From contig NZ_JBHSTI010000008.1 of NCBI RefSeq assembly GCF_042660085.1, positions 2,145,604 to 2,177,603 on the forward strand: a DNA stretch of 32,000 nt. Reading direction: 5' to 3'. A model generated the notes under the pieces. That model was not told where the DNA came from. It saw nothing but the letters and a program-made list of their open reading frames with translations, and ran no database searches. A program made the position numbers and the translations under genes. This DNA comes from Longivirga aurantiaca (GTDB taxonomy: Bacteria; Actinomycetota; Actinomycetes; S36-B12; CAIYMF01). Below, in pieces: positions 15,281-24,605 of the stretch (its first letter is position 1; the number at the start of each line of letters is the position of its first letter).

Positions 15281-16134
15281 CGCCCAGCCCGAACGACCGC
15301 TACGGCCGCGACGTGCTGTCGTCCGACCCGCACGCCCCGCGCAGGAAGGTCGTGCGCGAGGTCGGGGCCGAGACCGACCTCGTCGTCGAGTGCGCCATCA
15401 GCGGCTTCTGCGGCGCGGTGGTCGGGTTCGACAAGGGCCCCACCGGCATCGCGGTGGTGCTCGAGGACCGCAAGGGGCTGCGCCGCCCGTTCCTGCTGCG
15501 TCCGGCCGGCTTCCTCCTCGACGGCGAGACCGTCACCCTGGTCCGGCCGGCCGTCGCGGCCCCGAGCGGCCCCACGCGCACGGCGTCCGGCTCGATCGCC
15601 GTCGCCGGCGCACGGGCGCGCGTGGCCCGTGAGTCGCGCATCTGGGTCGAGGGCCTCCACGACGCCGAGCTCGTCGAGAAGGTGTGGGGCCACGACCTGC
15701 GCGTCGAGGGTGTCGTGGTCGAGCCGCTGCACGGCGCCGACGACCTCCTCGCCACGGTCACCGCCTTCCGCCCGAGCAAGGACCGTCGCATCGGTGTGCT
15801 GCTCGACCACCTCGTGCCCGGGTCGAAGGAGACGCGTATCGCCGACGAGGTGCGCCGGCTGCACAGCCCGCACGTCGTCGTCCTCGGCCACCCGTACGTC
15901 GACGTCTGGCAGGCGATCCGTCCGCAGGTCCTCGGCATCGACGCGTGGCCGGTCGTGCCGAAGGGGCAGCCGTGGAAGGAGGGCGTGCTCGCAGCGCTCG
16001 GACGACCGCACTCCACCCCGGCGGACGTCGCCGACGGGTGGCGCTGGCTGCTGGGCCACGTGCGCTCGTACGCCGACCTCGAGCCGACCTTGCTCGCCCG
16101 CGTGGAGGAGCTCATCGACGTCGTCACTGCGTGA
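15277..16134 (+). CDS. Conserved actinobacterial protein, DUF3097-like (unknown function)
   Basis: ATG at 15277 overlaps the PrsW-family stop (ATGA). 285 aa, soluble, high GC3. The family assignment comes from memory of the conserved hrcA/hemW neighbourhood and from sequence character, not from a search. The tracked ORF 14359..16134 upstream part is out of frame with the PrsW-family gene and is rejected. Confidence 0.65.
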   Translation: MTPSPNDRYGRDVLSSDPHAPRRKVVREVGAETDLVVECAISGFCGAVVGFDKGPTGIAVVLEDRKGLRRPFLLRPAGFLLDGETVTLVRPAVAAPSGPTRTASGSIAVAGARARVARESRIWVEGLHDAELVEKVWGHDLRVEGVVVEPLHGADDLLATVTAFRPSKDRRIGVLLDHLVPGSKETRIADEVRRLHSPHVVVLGHPYVDVWQAIRPQVLGIDAWPVVPKGQPWKEGVLAALGRPHSTPADVADGWRWLLGHVRSYADLEPTLLARVEELIDVVTA

Positions 16135-16150
16135 TTGCACAGTCACGCAG
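16127..16150 (+). terminator. Hairpin overlapping the DUF3097-like stop codon (candidate terminator)
   Basis: Perfect 8-bp inverted repeat CTGCGTGA (16127-16134, includes the stop TGA) / TCACGCAG (16143-16150) with an 8-nt loop. Confidence 0.4.
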
Positions 16151-16287
16151 CGCTGAACTTCCGTGCGCTGACCGGGCGACACCGTACGAACGTCCGATCC
16201 CGCGTCCCCCTCTGCGTCACGCAGGGCCGCTACGGTCGTGGCGAGCCGAACGTGGCCGCTCGCGATCGACCGCCCGAGGAGGGCCCT

Positions 16288-17088
16288 ATGTCCGACCAGA
16301 ACCCCACTCCCCCGGGGGACGACCCGATCTTCGGAGAGCAGCCCGCAGCCTCGAACGACCCGGTCTTCGGCGGCGGCACCCCGCCGCCTCCGCCCCCGCC
16401 GCCCATGCCCCCGGCTCCGCCCGCAGGGCCGGGCGCCGGTGACACCGTGGGCTCGGCGTTCAGCTGGGCGGTCGCGAAGTTCCAGGAGAACATCGGCATC
16501 TGGATCAGCCTGGCGGCCATCGTCTTCGCGCTCAACGCGGCCCAGACGATCATCAGCCGGGTCATCAACAACAACAGCGGCACCACGACCGGTGGCGTGT
16601 TCGCCGGCCTCGGCCTCACCCTCGTGCTCGGCGTGGTCTTCGGCGTCCTCGCCTGGCTCGCCTCGATCGGCGTCTACCGTGCTGCGCTGCGTCGCTCGCA
16701 GGGCACGCAGCCGTCGTTCGACATGCTCACGACCGGCGAGAACCTCGTGCCCTACATCGTCGTCGCGATCGTCTACGGCATCGCCACCGTCGTCGGGCTC
16801 GCGCTCTGCATCCTGCCCGGCGTCGCAGTGATCTTCCTGTTCCTCTTCGCGCCGTTCTTCGCGCTCGACAAGGGTCAGGGCGTGGGTGAGGCGCTCCGCA
16901 ACAGCTACCGCCTCGTCACCCAGAACTTCGGCGCCGTCGTGCTCGTGGCCATCGTCAACATCCTGGCCTCGATCCTCGGCAGCCTGCCCTTCACCTTCGG
17001 GCTCCTCACCCTGGTGACGCTGCCGTTCTCGGCGCTGTTCACCGTCCACGCCTACCGCACGCTCCAGAACGAGACCGTCGCCCCCTGA
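16288..17088 (+). CDS. Integral membrane protein with a proline-rich N-terminal tail (unknown function)
   Basis: ATG at 16288 preceded by GAGGAGGG (16276-16283). 266 aa: MSDQNPTPPGDD...GTPPPPPPPPMPPAPPAG, followed by about 5-6 hydrophobic helices. High GC3 throughout. The antisense 783-aa ORF 15025..17376 is rejected. Confidence 0.75.
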   Translation: MSDQNPTPPGDDPIFGEQPAASNDPVFGGGTPPPPPPPPMPPAPPAGPGAGDTVGSAFSWAVAKFQENIGIWISLAAIVFALNAAQTIISRVINNNSGTTTGGVFAGLGLTLVLGVVFGVLAWLASIGVYRAALRRSQGTQPSFDMLTTGENLVPYIVVAIVYGIATVVGLALCILPGVAVIFLFLFAPFFALDKGQGVGEALRNSYRLVTQNFGAVVLVAIVNILASILGSLPFTFGLLTLVTLPFSALFTVHAYRTLQNETVAP

Positions 17089-17122
17089 CCGGGCGATGCC
17101 CACCGACCACCAAGGAGACACC

Positions 17123-17536
17123 GTGTCCGACCAGACCCCGCCGCCCCCCGGCGACGTTCCTCCCCCGCCCCCGCCCCCCGCGGCACCGCTGCCGCCGGCC
17201 GGCGACCAGCCGCTGTCGCCCAGCGACGAGCGCACGTTCGCGATGCTCGCCCACCTCGGCGGCATCCTCATCGGCTTCCTGTCCGGCCTGATCGCGATGC
17301 TCGTGTGGGGCAAGCGCTCCGCGTTCGTCGACGACCAGTCGAAGGAGGCGCTCAACTTCCAGATCACGCTGATCATCGGCTACGTCATCGCTGGCGTTCT
17401 CTCGATCGTCGGCATCGGGATCCTGCTGTGGGCGGCCCTCGGCATCGTCAACATCGTCTTCTGCATCCTCGGCGGCCTCGCGGCCAACAAGGGTGAGACC
17501 TACCGCTACCCCCTCGCCCTGCGCCTGGTGAAGTAG
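17123..17536 (+). CDS. DUF4870-family small membrane protein with a proline-rich N-terminal tail
   Basis: Start preferred at GTG 17123 (AAGGAGA at 17112-17118, 4 nt upstream), giving (M)SDQTPPPPGD..., which parallels the neighbour's N-terminus. ATG 17096 is the alternative. The core ERTFAMLAHLGGILIGFLSGLIAMLVWGKRSAFVDDQSKEALNFQIT fits DUF4870. Confidence 0.75.
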   Translation: MSDQTPPPPGDVPPPPPPPAAPLPPAGDQPLSPSDERTFAMLAHLGGILIGFLSGLIAMLVWGKRSAFVDDQSKEALNFQITLIIGYVIAGVLSIVGIGILLWAALGIVNIVFCILGGLAANKGETYRYPLALRLVK

Positions 17537-17551
17537 TCCTCACGCACCTCG

Positions 17552-17587
17552 TCGAGGCCCGTTCCGCATCCGCGGGGCGGGCCTCGA
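17552..17587. terminator. Stem-loop in the convergent gap between the DUF4870 gene and hemW (candidate bidirectional terminator)
   Basis: Perfect 10-bp inverted repeat TCGAGGCCCG / CGGGCCTCGA with a 16-nt loop. It lies 16 nt after the plus-strand stop and 14 nt after the minus-strand stop. Confidence 0.55.
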
Positions 17588-17600
17588 CCCGTTGTGCGCG

Positions 17601-18818
17601 CTATCGGAGGAGGTCGCGCACCAGCGCGTCCGCGAGCAGGCGCCCGCGCAGCGTCAGCACGAGGCGACCCGCACCGAGGGAGCCGGCGTCGGCGAGACCG
17701 TCGCTCGCCGCACGCACCGCGACGGCGCGACCGGCACGGTCGAGCAGGTCGAGGGGCAGGCCCTCGGCGAGCCGGACGCGGAGCAGCACCTGCTCCACAC
17801 GCACGTCGTCCGCGCTGAGCTGCTCGCGCGCCTCGGCCGGGCTCTCGCCGGCGGTGATGCGACCGGCGTACGCCGCGGGGTGGCGGACGTTCCACCACCG
17901 CACGCCGCCGACGTGCGCATGGGCGCCGGGACCGACGCCCCACCAGTCGTCGCCGCGCCAGTAGCCGAGGTTGTGCCGGCACTCGCCGCCCGGTCTCGCC
18001 CAGTTGCTCACCTCGTACCAGCCGAACCCGGCAGCGGTCAGGGCAGCGTCGGCCTGCTGGTATCGGTCGGCCGCGACGTCGTCGTCGACGCCGGCGATCT
18101 CGCCCCGCCGCACACGAGCGGCGAGGCGGGTGCCGTCCTCGACGATCAGCGAGTAGGCCGAGACATGGTCTGCGCCGGAGCCGATCGCGGCGTCGAGCGA
18201 CGAGGCGAAGTCGGCCTCGGTCTCCCCGGGCGTGGCGTAGATGAGGTCGACGTTGACGTTCTCGAACCCGGCCGCGCGCGCCTCGCCCACCGCCGCCACC
18301 GACCGGCCAGGAGTGTGGGTGCGCTCGAGCACCTGCAGCACGTGCTGCGCGGTGCTCTGCAGGCCGAAGCTCATGCGGGTGAAGCCGTCGGCGCGCAGCT
18401 GCGCGAGCGACTCGGGCGTCACGGAATCGGGATTGGCCTCGGTGCTCACCTCCGCGCCGGGCGCGAGCCCGAACTCGTCGCGGATCGCTCCCAGGATGCG
18501 GCCGAGGTCGCCGGCCGGCAGCAGCGTCGGGGTGCCGCCGCCGACGAACACCGTCTCCACGGGCAGGTCGACGTCGCCGAGCACGCGCCGGGCGAGCCGG
18601 ACCTCGGCCACCGCCTGGTCGGCGTACGTCGACCGGCTCACGCCGGGGCCGAGCTCCTCGGCCGTGTAGGTGTTGAAGTCGCAGTAGCCGCAGCGCGTCG
18701 CGCAGAACGGCACGTGCACGTAGAAGCCGAACGGCCGCGAGCCGATCCCGGCGAGCGCCGACGCCGGCAGGTGGCCGTCGAGCGGCGCGGGATCACCCTC
18801 GGGCGGCAGTGACGGCAC
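17601..18818 (-). CDS. hemW: Radical SAM heme chaperone HemW (HemN-like, oxygen-independent coproporphyrinogen oxidase family)
   Basis: 405 aa. Radical SAM cluster motif CATRCGYCDFN close to the N-terminus (YVHVPFC...) and a HemN_C-like C-terminal domain. Conserved position next to lepA. Confidence 0.9.
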   Translation of the reverse strand: MPSLPPEGDPAPLDGHLPASALAGIGSRPFGFYVHVPFCATRCGYCDFNTYTAEELGPGVSRSTYADQAVAEVRLARRVLGDVDLPVETVFVGGGTPTLLPAGDLGRILGAIRDEFGLAPGAEVSTEANPDSVTPESLAQLRADGFTRMSFGLQSTAQHVLQVLERTHTPGRSVAAVGEARAAGFENVNVDLIYATPGETEADFASSLDAAIGSGADHVSAYSLIVEDGTRLAARVRRGEIAGVDDDVAADRYQQADAALTAAGFGWYEVSNWARPGGECRHNLGYWRGDDWWGVGPGAHAHVGGVRWWNVRHPAAYAGRITAGESPAEAREQLSADDVRVEQVLLRVRLAEGLPLDLLDRAGRAVAVRAASDGLADAGSLGAGRLVLTLRGRLLADALVRDLLR

Positions 18819-18858
18819 GCGCCGACCCTACGTCGTGCGCGCATACCCCGGACGCGCG

Positions 18859-18887
18859 GAGGCCCCGGTCGGATCGACCGGGGCCTC
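18859..18887 (-). terminator. Stem-loop downstream of the acyl-CoA ligase gene
   Basis: Perfect 13-bp inverted repeat GAGGCCCCGGTCG-gat-CGACCGGGGCCTC, 13 nt after the stop at 18900. Confidence 0.6.
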
Positions 18888-18899
18888 GTCGTCGCGGGA

Positions 18900-20777
18900 C
18901 TACTTGTTCGGGTACATCGACTCCAGGACGTCGGCGAACGACGTCTCGACGACCTTGCGCTTGATCTTCAGGGACGGGGTCAGCTCGCCGTCCTCGATCG
19001 AGAGGTCGCGCGGCAGGATGCGCACGTCCTTGACCGTCTCCCACCGGTTGAGGCCCTTGTTGAGCTCCGCCATGGCGTCGCGGACCTCCTTCTCGACGGC
19101 CGGGTCCTTGGCCCACTCGGCCGGACCGCCCGCGATGCCGTGGGCCTCGGCGTAGCCCGCCGTGATGTCGGGGTCGAGGGTGACGAGCGCCGTGGCGTAG
19201 TTGCGGTTGTTGGCGTGCACGATGACGTTGCCCAGCAGCGGGCACAGCGCCTTGAACCGCGCCTCGATGAGACCGGGGGCGATGTACTTGCCGCCCGAGG
19301 TCTTGATGAGGTCCTTCTTGCGGTCGGTGATGCGCACGTAGCCGTCGTCGTCGATCTCGCCGATGTCGCCGGTTGCGAGCCAGCCGTCGCCGATCAGCAT
19401 CTCGGACGTCGCCTCGGGCAGGTTGTAGTAGCCGCGCATGACGCCGCCGCCCTTGACCAGGATCTCGCCGTCGTCGGCGATCTTCACCGTGGTGCCGGGG
19501 AACGGCAGGCCGACGGTGCCGACGCGGTTCTTGCCGGGGCGCCCGACCACCGAGCCTGCGGAGGTCTCGGTGAGGCCGTAGCCCTCGAGCAGCTCGAGGC
19601 CGACGGCCTCGAACCAGGAGCCGACGTCCTTGGACAGCGCGGCCGAGCCCGACACCAGGTACTCGATGTTGCCGCCGAGGCGGGCACGCACCTTGGAGAA
19701 GACGAGCTTGTCGGCGATGGCGTGCTGCGCGCCGAGGATCGGCGACACGCTGCCCTTGCGCTTGGCCTCGGCGTACTGGTGGCCGACGCCGATCGCCCAG
19801 TTGAAGATCTTCTCCTTGGCGCCGCCCTCGGCCGCCTGCATCGACACGACGCGGGCGTAGACCTTCTCGTAGATGCGCGGGGCGCCGGCCATGAAGTTGG
19901 GCTTGAGGAGTGCGAGGTTGTCCACGATCTTCTCGACGCGGCCGTCGACGGCGCTCGTGAAGCCGATCTGCAGCTGCGCCGAGAGCAGCACCTTGCCGAA
20001 CGAGTGCGAGAGCGGCAGCCACAGGAACTGCAGCTGGTCGGGGCGCAGGAGGCCGAGGCCCTCGATCGAGGCCGCCTCGTACGTCCAGTTGCTCTGGGTC
20101 AGCTCGACGCCCTTGGGGCGCCCGGTGGTGCCCGAGGTGTAGATGAGCGTGGCGAGGCTCTCGGGGCGGACCGCGTCGGTCGCGCGGGTCACGGCGTCCG
20201 CGTCGGAGTCGAGCAGGGCACGACCGCGGCCGGCGAGGTCGTCGGAGGTGATGACCCAGTCGTCCCCGCGCGAGGAGAGGTCGACGCCGGTCGTGTCGAT
20301 GAGCACGACCTTCTCGACGGCCGGGATCGAACCGCGCTGGTCGTTGAGCTTGCCGAGCTGCTTGGCGTCCTCGGCGATGACGATCCGCGAGCCTGAGTCG
20401 CTGAGGATGAAGGCGACGTCGTCGGCGTTTGTGCTCGGGTAGACCGTGGTGGTCGCGCCGCCCGCCGCCATGATCGCGAGGTCGAAGAAGATCCACTCGA
20501 GGCGGGTGTTGCTGGCGATGGCCACCCGGTCCTCGGGCTGCAGGCCGAGCGAGAGCAGGCCTGCGGCGAGCTCGGTGACCCGCTCGCCGCTGCGGCCCCA
20601 GCTCCAGGACTCCCAGCCGCCGGCGGCGGTGGGGGCGCGGAAGGCCTCGCGGGCCGGGTCGGCGGCGACCCGGTCGAAGAACAGCCGGCCGAGCGAGGCG
20701 GCGGGCTCGGGCATGGGCTCGGGGCCGGTGGTGGTGCGGCCGGCGCTCGGGGCGAGGGGCTCGGTGGTCTCGGACAC
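18900..20777 (-). CDS. Long-chain fatty-acid--CoA ligase (AMP-dependent synthetase/ligase family)
   Basis: 625 aa. AMP-binding motifs YTSGTTGRPKGV, GYGLTE and TGDIGEIDDDGYVRITDRKKDLIKTSGGKYIAP. GTG start at 20777 with GGAGGGA 9 nt upstream. Confidence 0.9.
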   Translation of the reverse strand: MSETTEPLAPSAGRTTTGPEPMPEPAASLGRLFFDRVAADPAREAFRAPTAAGGWESWSWGRSGERVTELAAGLLSLGLQPEDRVAIASNTRLEWIFFDLAIMAAGGATTTVYPSTNADDVAFILSDSGSRIVIAEDAKQLGKLNDQRGSIPAVEKVVLIDTTGVDLSSRGDDWVITSDDLAGRGRALLDSDADAVTRATDAVRPESLATLIYTSGTTGRPKGVELTQSNWTYEAASIEGLGLLRPDQLQFLWLPLSHSFGKVLLSAQLQIGFTSAVDGRVEKIVDNLALLKPNFMAGAPRIYEKVYARVVSMQAAEGGAKEKIFNWAIGVGHQYAEAKRKGSVSPILGAQHAIADKLVFSKVRARLGGNIEYLVSGSAALSKDVGSWFEAVGLELLEGYGLTETSAGSVVGRPGKNRVGTVGLPFPGTTVKIADDGEILVKGGGVMRGYYNLPEATSEMLIGDGWLATGDIGEIDDDGYVRITDRKKDLIKTSGGKYIAPGLIEARFKALCPLLGNVIVHANNRNYATALVTLDPDITAGYAEAHGIAGGPAEWAKDPAVEKEVRDAMAELNKGLNRWETVKDVRILPRDLSIEDGELTPSLKIKRKVVETSFADVLESMYPNK

Positions 20778-20926
20778 TCTGGGGGTCCCTCCGGTTGGTC
20801 GGCGAGGGCTCCCCTAGCAGGGGCTCCCGTCGGCCTGGCGTGTTGTGGGACCCACTCTGCCGTGCCGACCGGCGCGAGGCCAGACTTTGTTACCGGCGAG
20901 TTAAGGAGACCTGACCGGACGGTGCC

Positions 20927-22774
<1,848 letters not shown>

Positions 22775-23004
22775 GGTGCTCTGGTCGTCCTCGGGTCGGG
22801 TTCGGGGGCGCCCTCCGGCCGCCTGGGGCGGCGCACGAGGCGCGGGCACCATCGTCCCACGTCCGCGGGGCTGCGCCCGCCGCACGCCCGTGCTGGCACG
22901 TCCGGCGCCGCGGGCCGGCGTGCAGGGTCGGCGTACGCCGCTGACCTGCGGTTTCGGTGCCGTCGGGCGGGGCTCGGAGGGGCGGGTCGCCGTCCGGACC
23001 GGAT

Positions 23005-23034
23005 TTGGCCCCGGGACCCGCTGCCGGGTACTCT
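23005..23034 (+). promoter_or_regulatory. Candidate sigma-70-type promoter for rpsT
   Basis: TTGGCC (23005-23010), an 18-nt spacer, then TACTCT (23029-23034). This would give a leader of about 110 nt before the GTG at 23149. Pattern match only. Confidence 0.3.
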
Positions 23035-23148
23035 GGCGTGTCGTTTGTGCGCGCTGTCCGCACGCGCGCCGACGCACCAACCAGACCTGGCTCCACCTCA
23101 GGATCGCCCACCGGCGTCCTGACGACACCGACGAAGGCGATAGGCACC

Positions 23149-23418
23149 GTGGCGAACATCAAGTCGCAGATCAAGCGCAACCGCACCAACGAGGCTGCGC
23201 GCCTGCGCAACAAGTCGACCAAGTCGGCCCTCAAGACTGCCGTGCGCAAGTTCCACGCCGCCGCCGACGCCGGCGACGCCGCCCAGGTCGAGGAGCTCGC
23301 CCGTCAGGCGACCCGCGCCCTGGACAAGGCCGCGAGCAAGGGTGTCATCCACAAGAACCAGGCCGCCAACCGCAAGTCGGCGATCTCCAGCCGCGCCGCC
23401 GCGGTCGCCAACGCCTGA
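23149..23418 (+). CDS. rpsT: 30S ribosomal protein S20
   Basis: GTG at 23149 gives (M)[34 protein letters not shown]..., a canonical S20 of 89 aa. The upstream part of tracked ORF 22957..23418 is rejected. Confidence 0.95.
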   Translation: MANIKSQIKRNRTNEAARLRNKSTKSALKTAVRKFHAAADAGDAAQVEELARQATRALDKAASKGVIHKNQAANRKSAISSRAAAVANA

Positions 23419-23434
23419 CGCGCGCACCACGTCC

Positions 23435-23469
23435 GAGAGGGCGCCACCCCGCTGGGGTGGCGCCCTCTC
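23435..23469. terminator. Strong stem-loop in the convergent gap between rpsT and holA (bidirectional terminator candidate)
   Basis: Perfect 16-bp inverted repeat GAGAGGGCGCCACCCC-gct-GGGGTGGCGCCCTCTC, 17 nt after the rpsT stop. Confidence 0.7.
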
Positions 23470-23500
23470 GCGTTGCTCGGCGGTGCCGGGACGTACGACC

Positions 23501-24559
23501 TCAGCGCGAGCGGTTGCGGACCGCGCGCAGCAGGGTGCTCTCGAGCACGTAGGTGCCCTGGTCGCGGTCGAGGCCCTCGTCGCTCATGCTGCGGCCGGTG
23601 ACCGAGCGCCCCTTGACGGCGGCGTCGGCCTTGGCGATCTCGACCAGCGCCGCGGCGAGCGCTGCGGGGTGCCAGCGACCGGCCTGCTCGCGCAGGGTGC
23701 GCACCTTGAACGGCGGCACCCCGGCCTCGCGGGCGACGTCGGCCTCGGACGCGCCGCGCGGCGCGGAGGCGACCCGGGCGAGGCCGCGCACTCCCCCGGC
23801 CACCGCGGCCGACAGGGCCGGGCCGGCGCCGGCGTCGTTGGCCAGGGCCCAGCGGGTACGGCGGAGCACCTCGACCGCACGGCCGCCGAGCACGGCGTCG
23901 GACACGAGGTAGCCCGGCACGTCGGCAACGCCGTCGTAGTAGACCGCCACGGACTCGGGCGTGAGCGGGTCGTCCTGAACGTCGCTGACGAGCTGGGCGC
24001 AGGCGGCGGACAGCGACCGGAGGTCGTCGCCGATCGCGACGCGCAGCGCCTCGACCGCCTCGGGGGTGGCCTTGCGCTTGGCGGCGTGCAGCTCGCGGGC
24101 GACAAAGTCGTCGACCGCGCGGCCCTTGGCCTTCTCGCACGGGGCCACGACGAACCCGCCCGCGGCGAGCAGATCGACGATCTTGCGCCCCTTCACCCCG
24201 CCGGGGTGCAGCACCACGACGCGCACCTCGCCCGTCTCGGCAGCCTCGAGCAGTGCGGCCACCATGCGGTCGTCGGCGCTCTCGGCGCCCCGGGCCACCA
24301 CCACGGCTGCGTCGCCGAAGAGGTTGGGCGAGCACGCCTCGACGAGGTCGCCGAGGCCGGACTCCGAGGCCAGATCCACATCGCGCCGCTCGATCGTGGG
24401 GTCGTCGGCGCGGGCCGCGGCCAGGACGGCGGTCACGACGCGCTCGGCCAGGAAGTCCTCCGCGCCCACGGCGACGACGGCCCGGTGGCGCGCGGCGTCG
24501 ATCTCGGGCGTGGTGGTGGCCGCGGCCTTGGGGGCGGCGGACTTCTTGGCGGGCGGCAT
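23501..24559 (-). CDS. holA: DNA polymerase III subunit delta
   Basis: 352 aa. Conserved position between comEC and rpsT, with length and alpha-helical character typical of HolA. The assignment rests mainly on synteny and general resemblance, not on a sharp motif. Confidence 0.75.
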   Translation of the reverse strand: MPPAKKSAAPKAAATTTPEIDAARHRAVVAVGAEDFLAERVVTAVLAAARADDPTIERRDVDLASESGLGDLVEACSPNLFGDAAVVVARGAESADDRMVAALLEAAETGEVRVVVLHPGGVKGRKIVDLLAAGGFVVAPCEKAKGRAVDDFVARELHAAKRKATPEAVEALRVAIGDDLRSLSAACAQLVSDVQDDPLTPESVAVYYDGVADVPGYLVSDAVLGGRAVEVLRRTRWALANDAGAGPALSAAVAGGVRGLARVASAPRGASEADVAREAGVPPFKVRTLREQAGRWHPAALAAALVEIAKADAAVKGRSVTGRSMSDEGLDRDQGTYVLESTLLRAVRNRSR

Positions 24560-24605
24560 CTCGGCGTCAGCCTCTCACGTCGGCCCGACACCGCAGCGCT
24601 CCTGG

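Noticed and set aside
15025-17376. A 783-aa minus-strand ORF spanning the DUF3097-like and proline-rich membrane protein genes
   Set aside because: Antisense to three plus-strand genes that have SD motifs, high GC3 and recognisable families. The product is Arg/Gly/Asp/Glu-rich low complexity.
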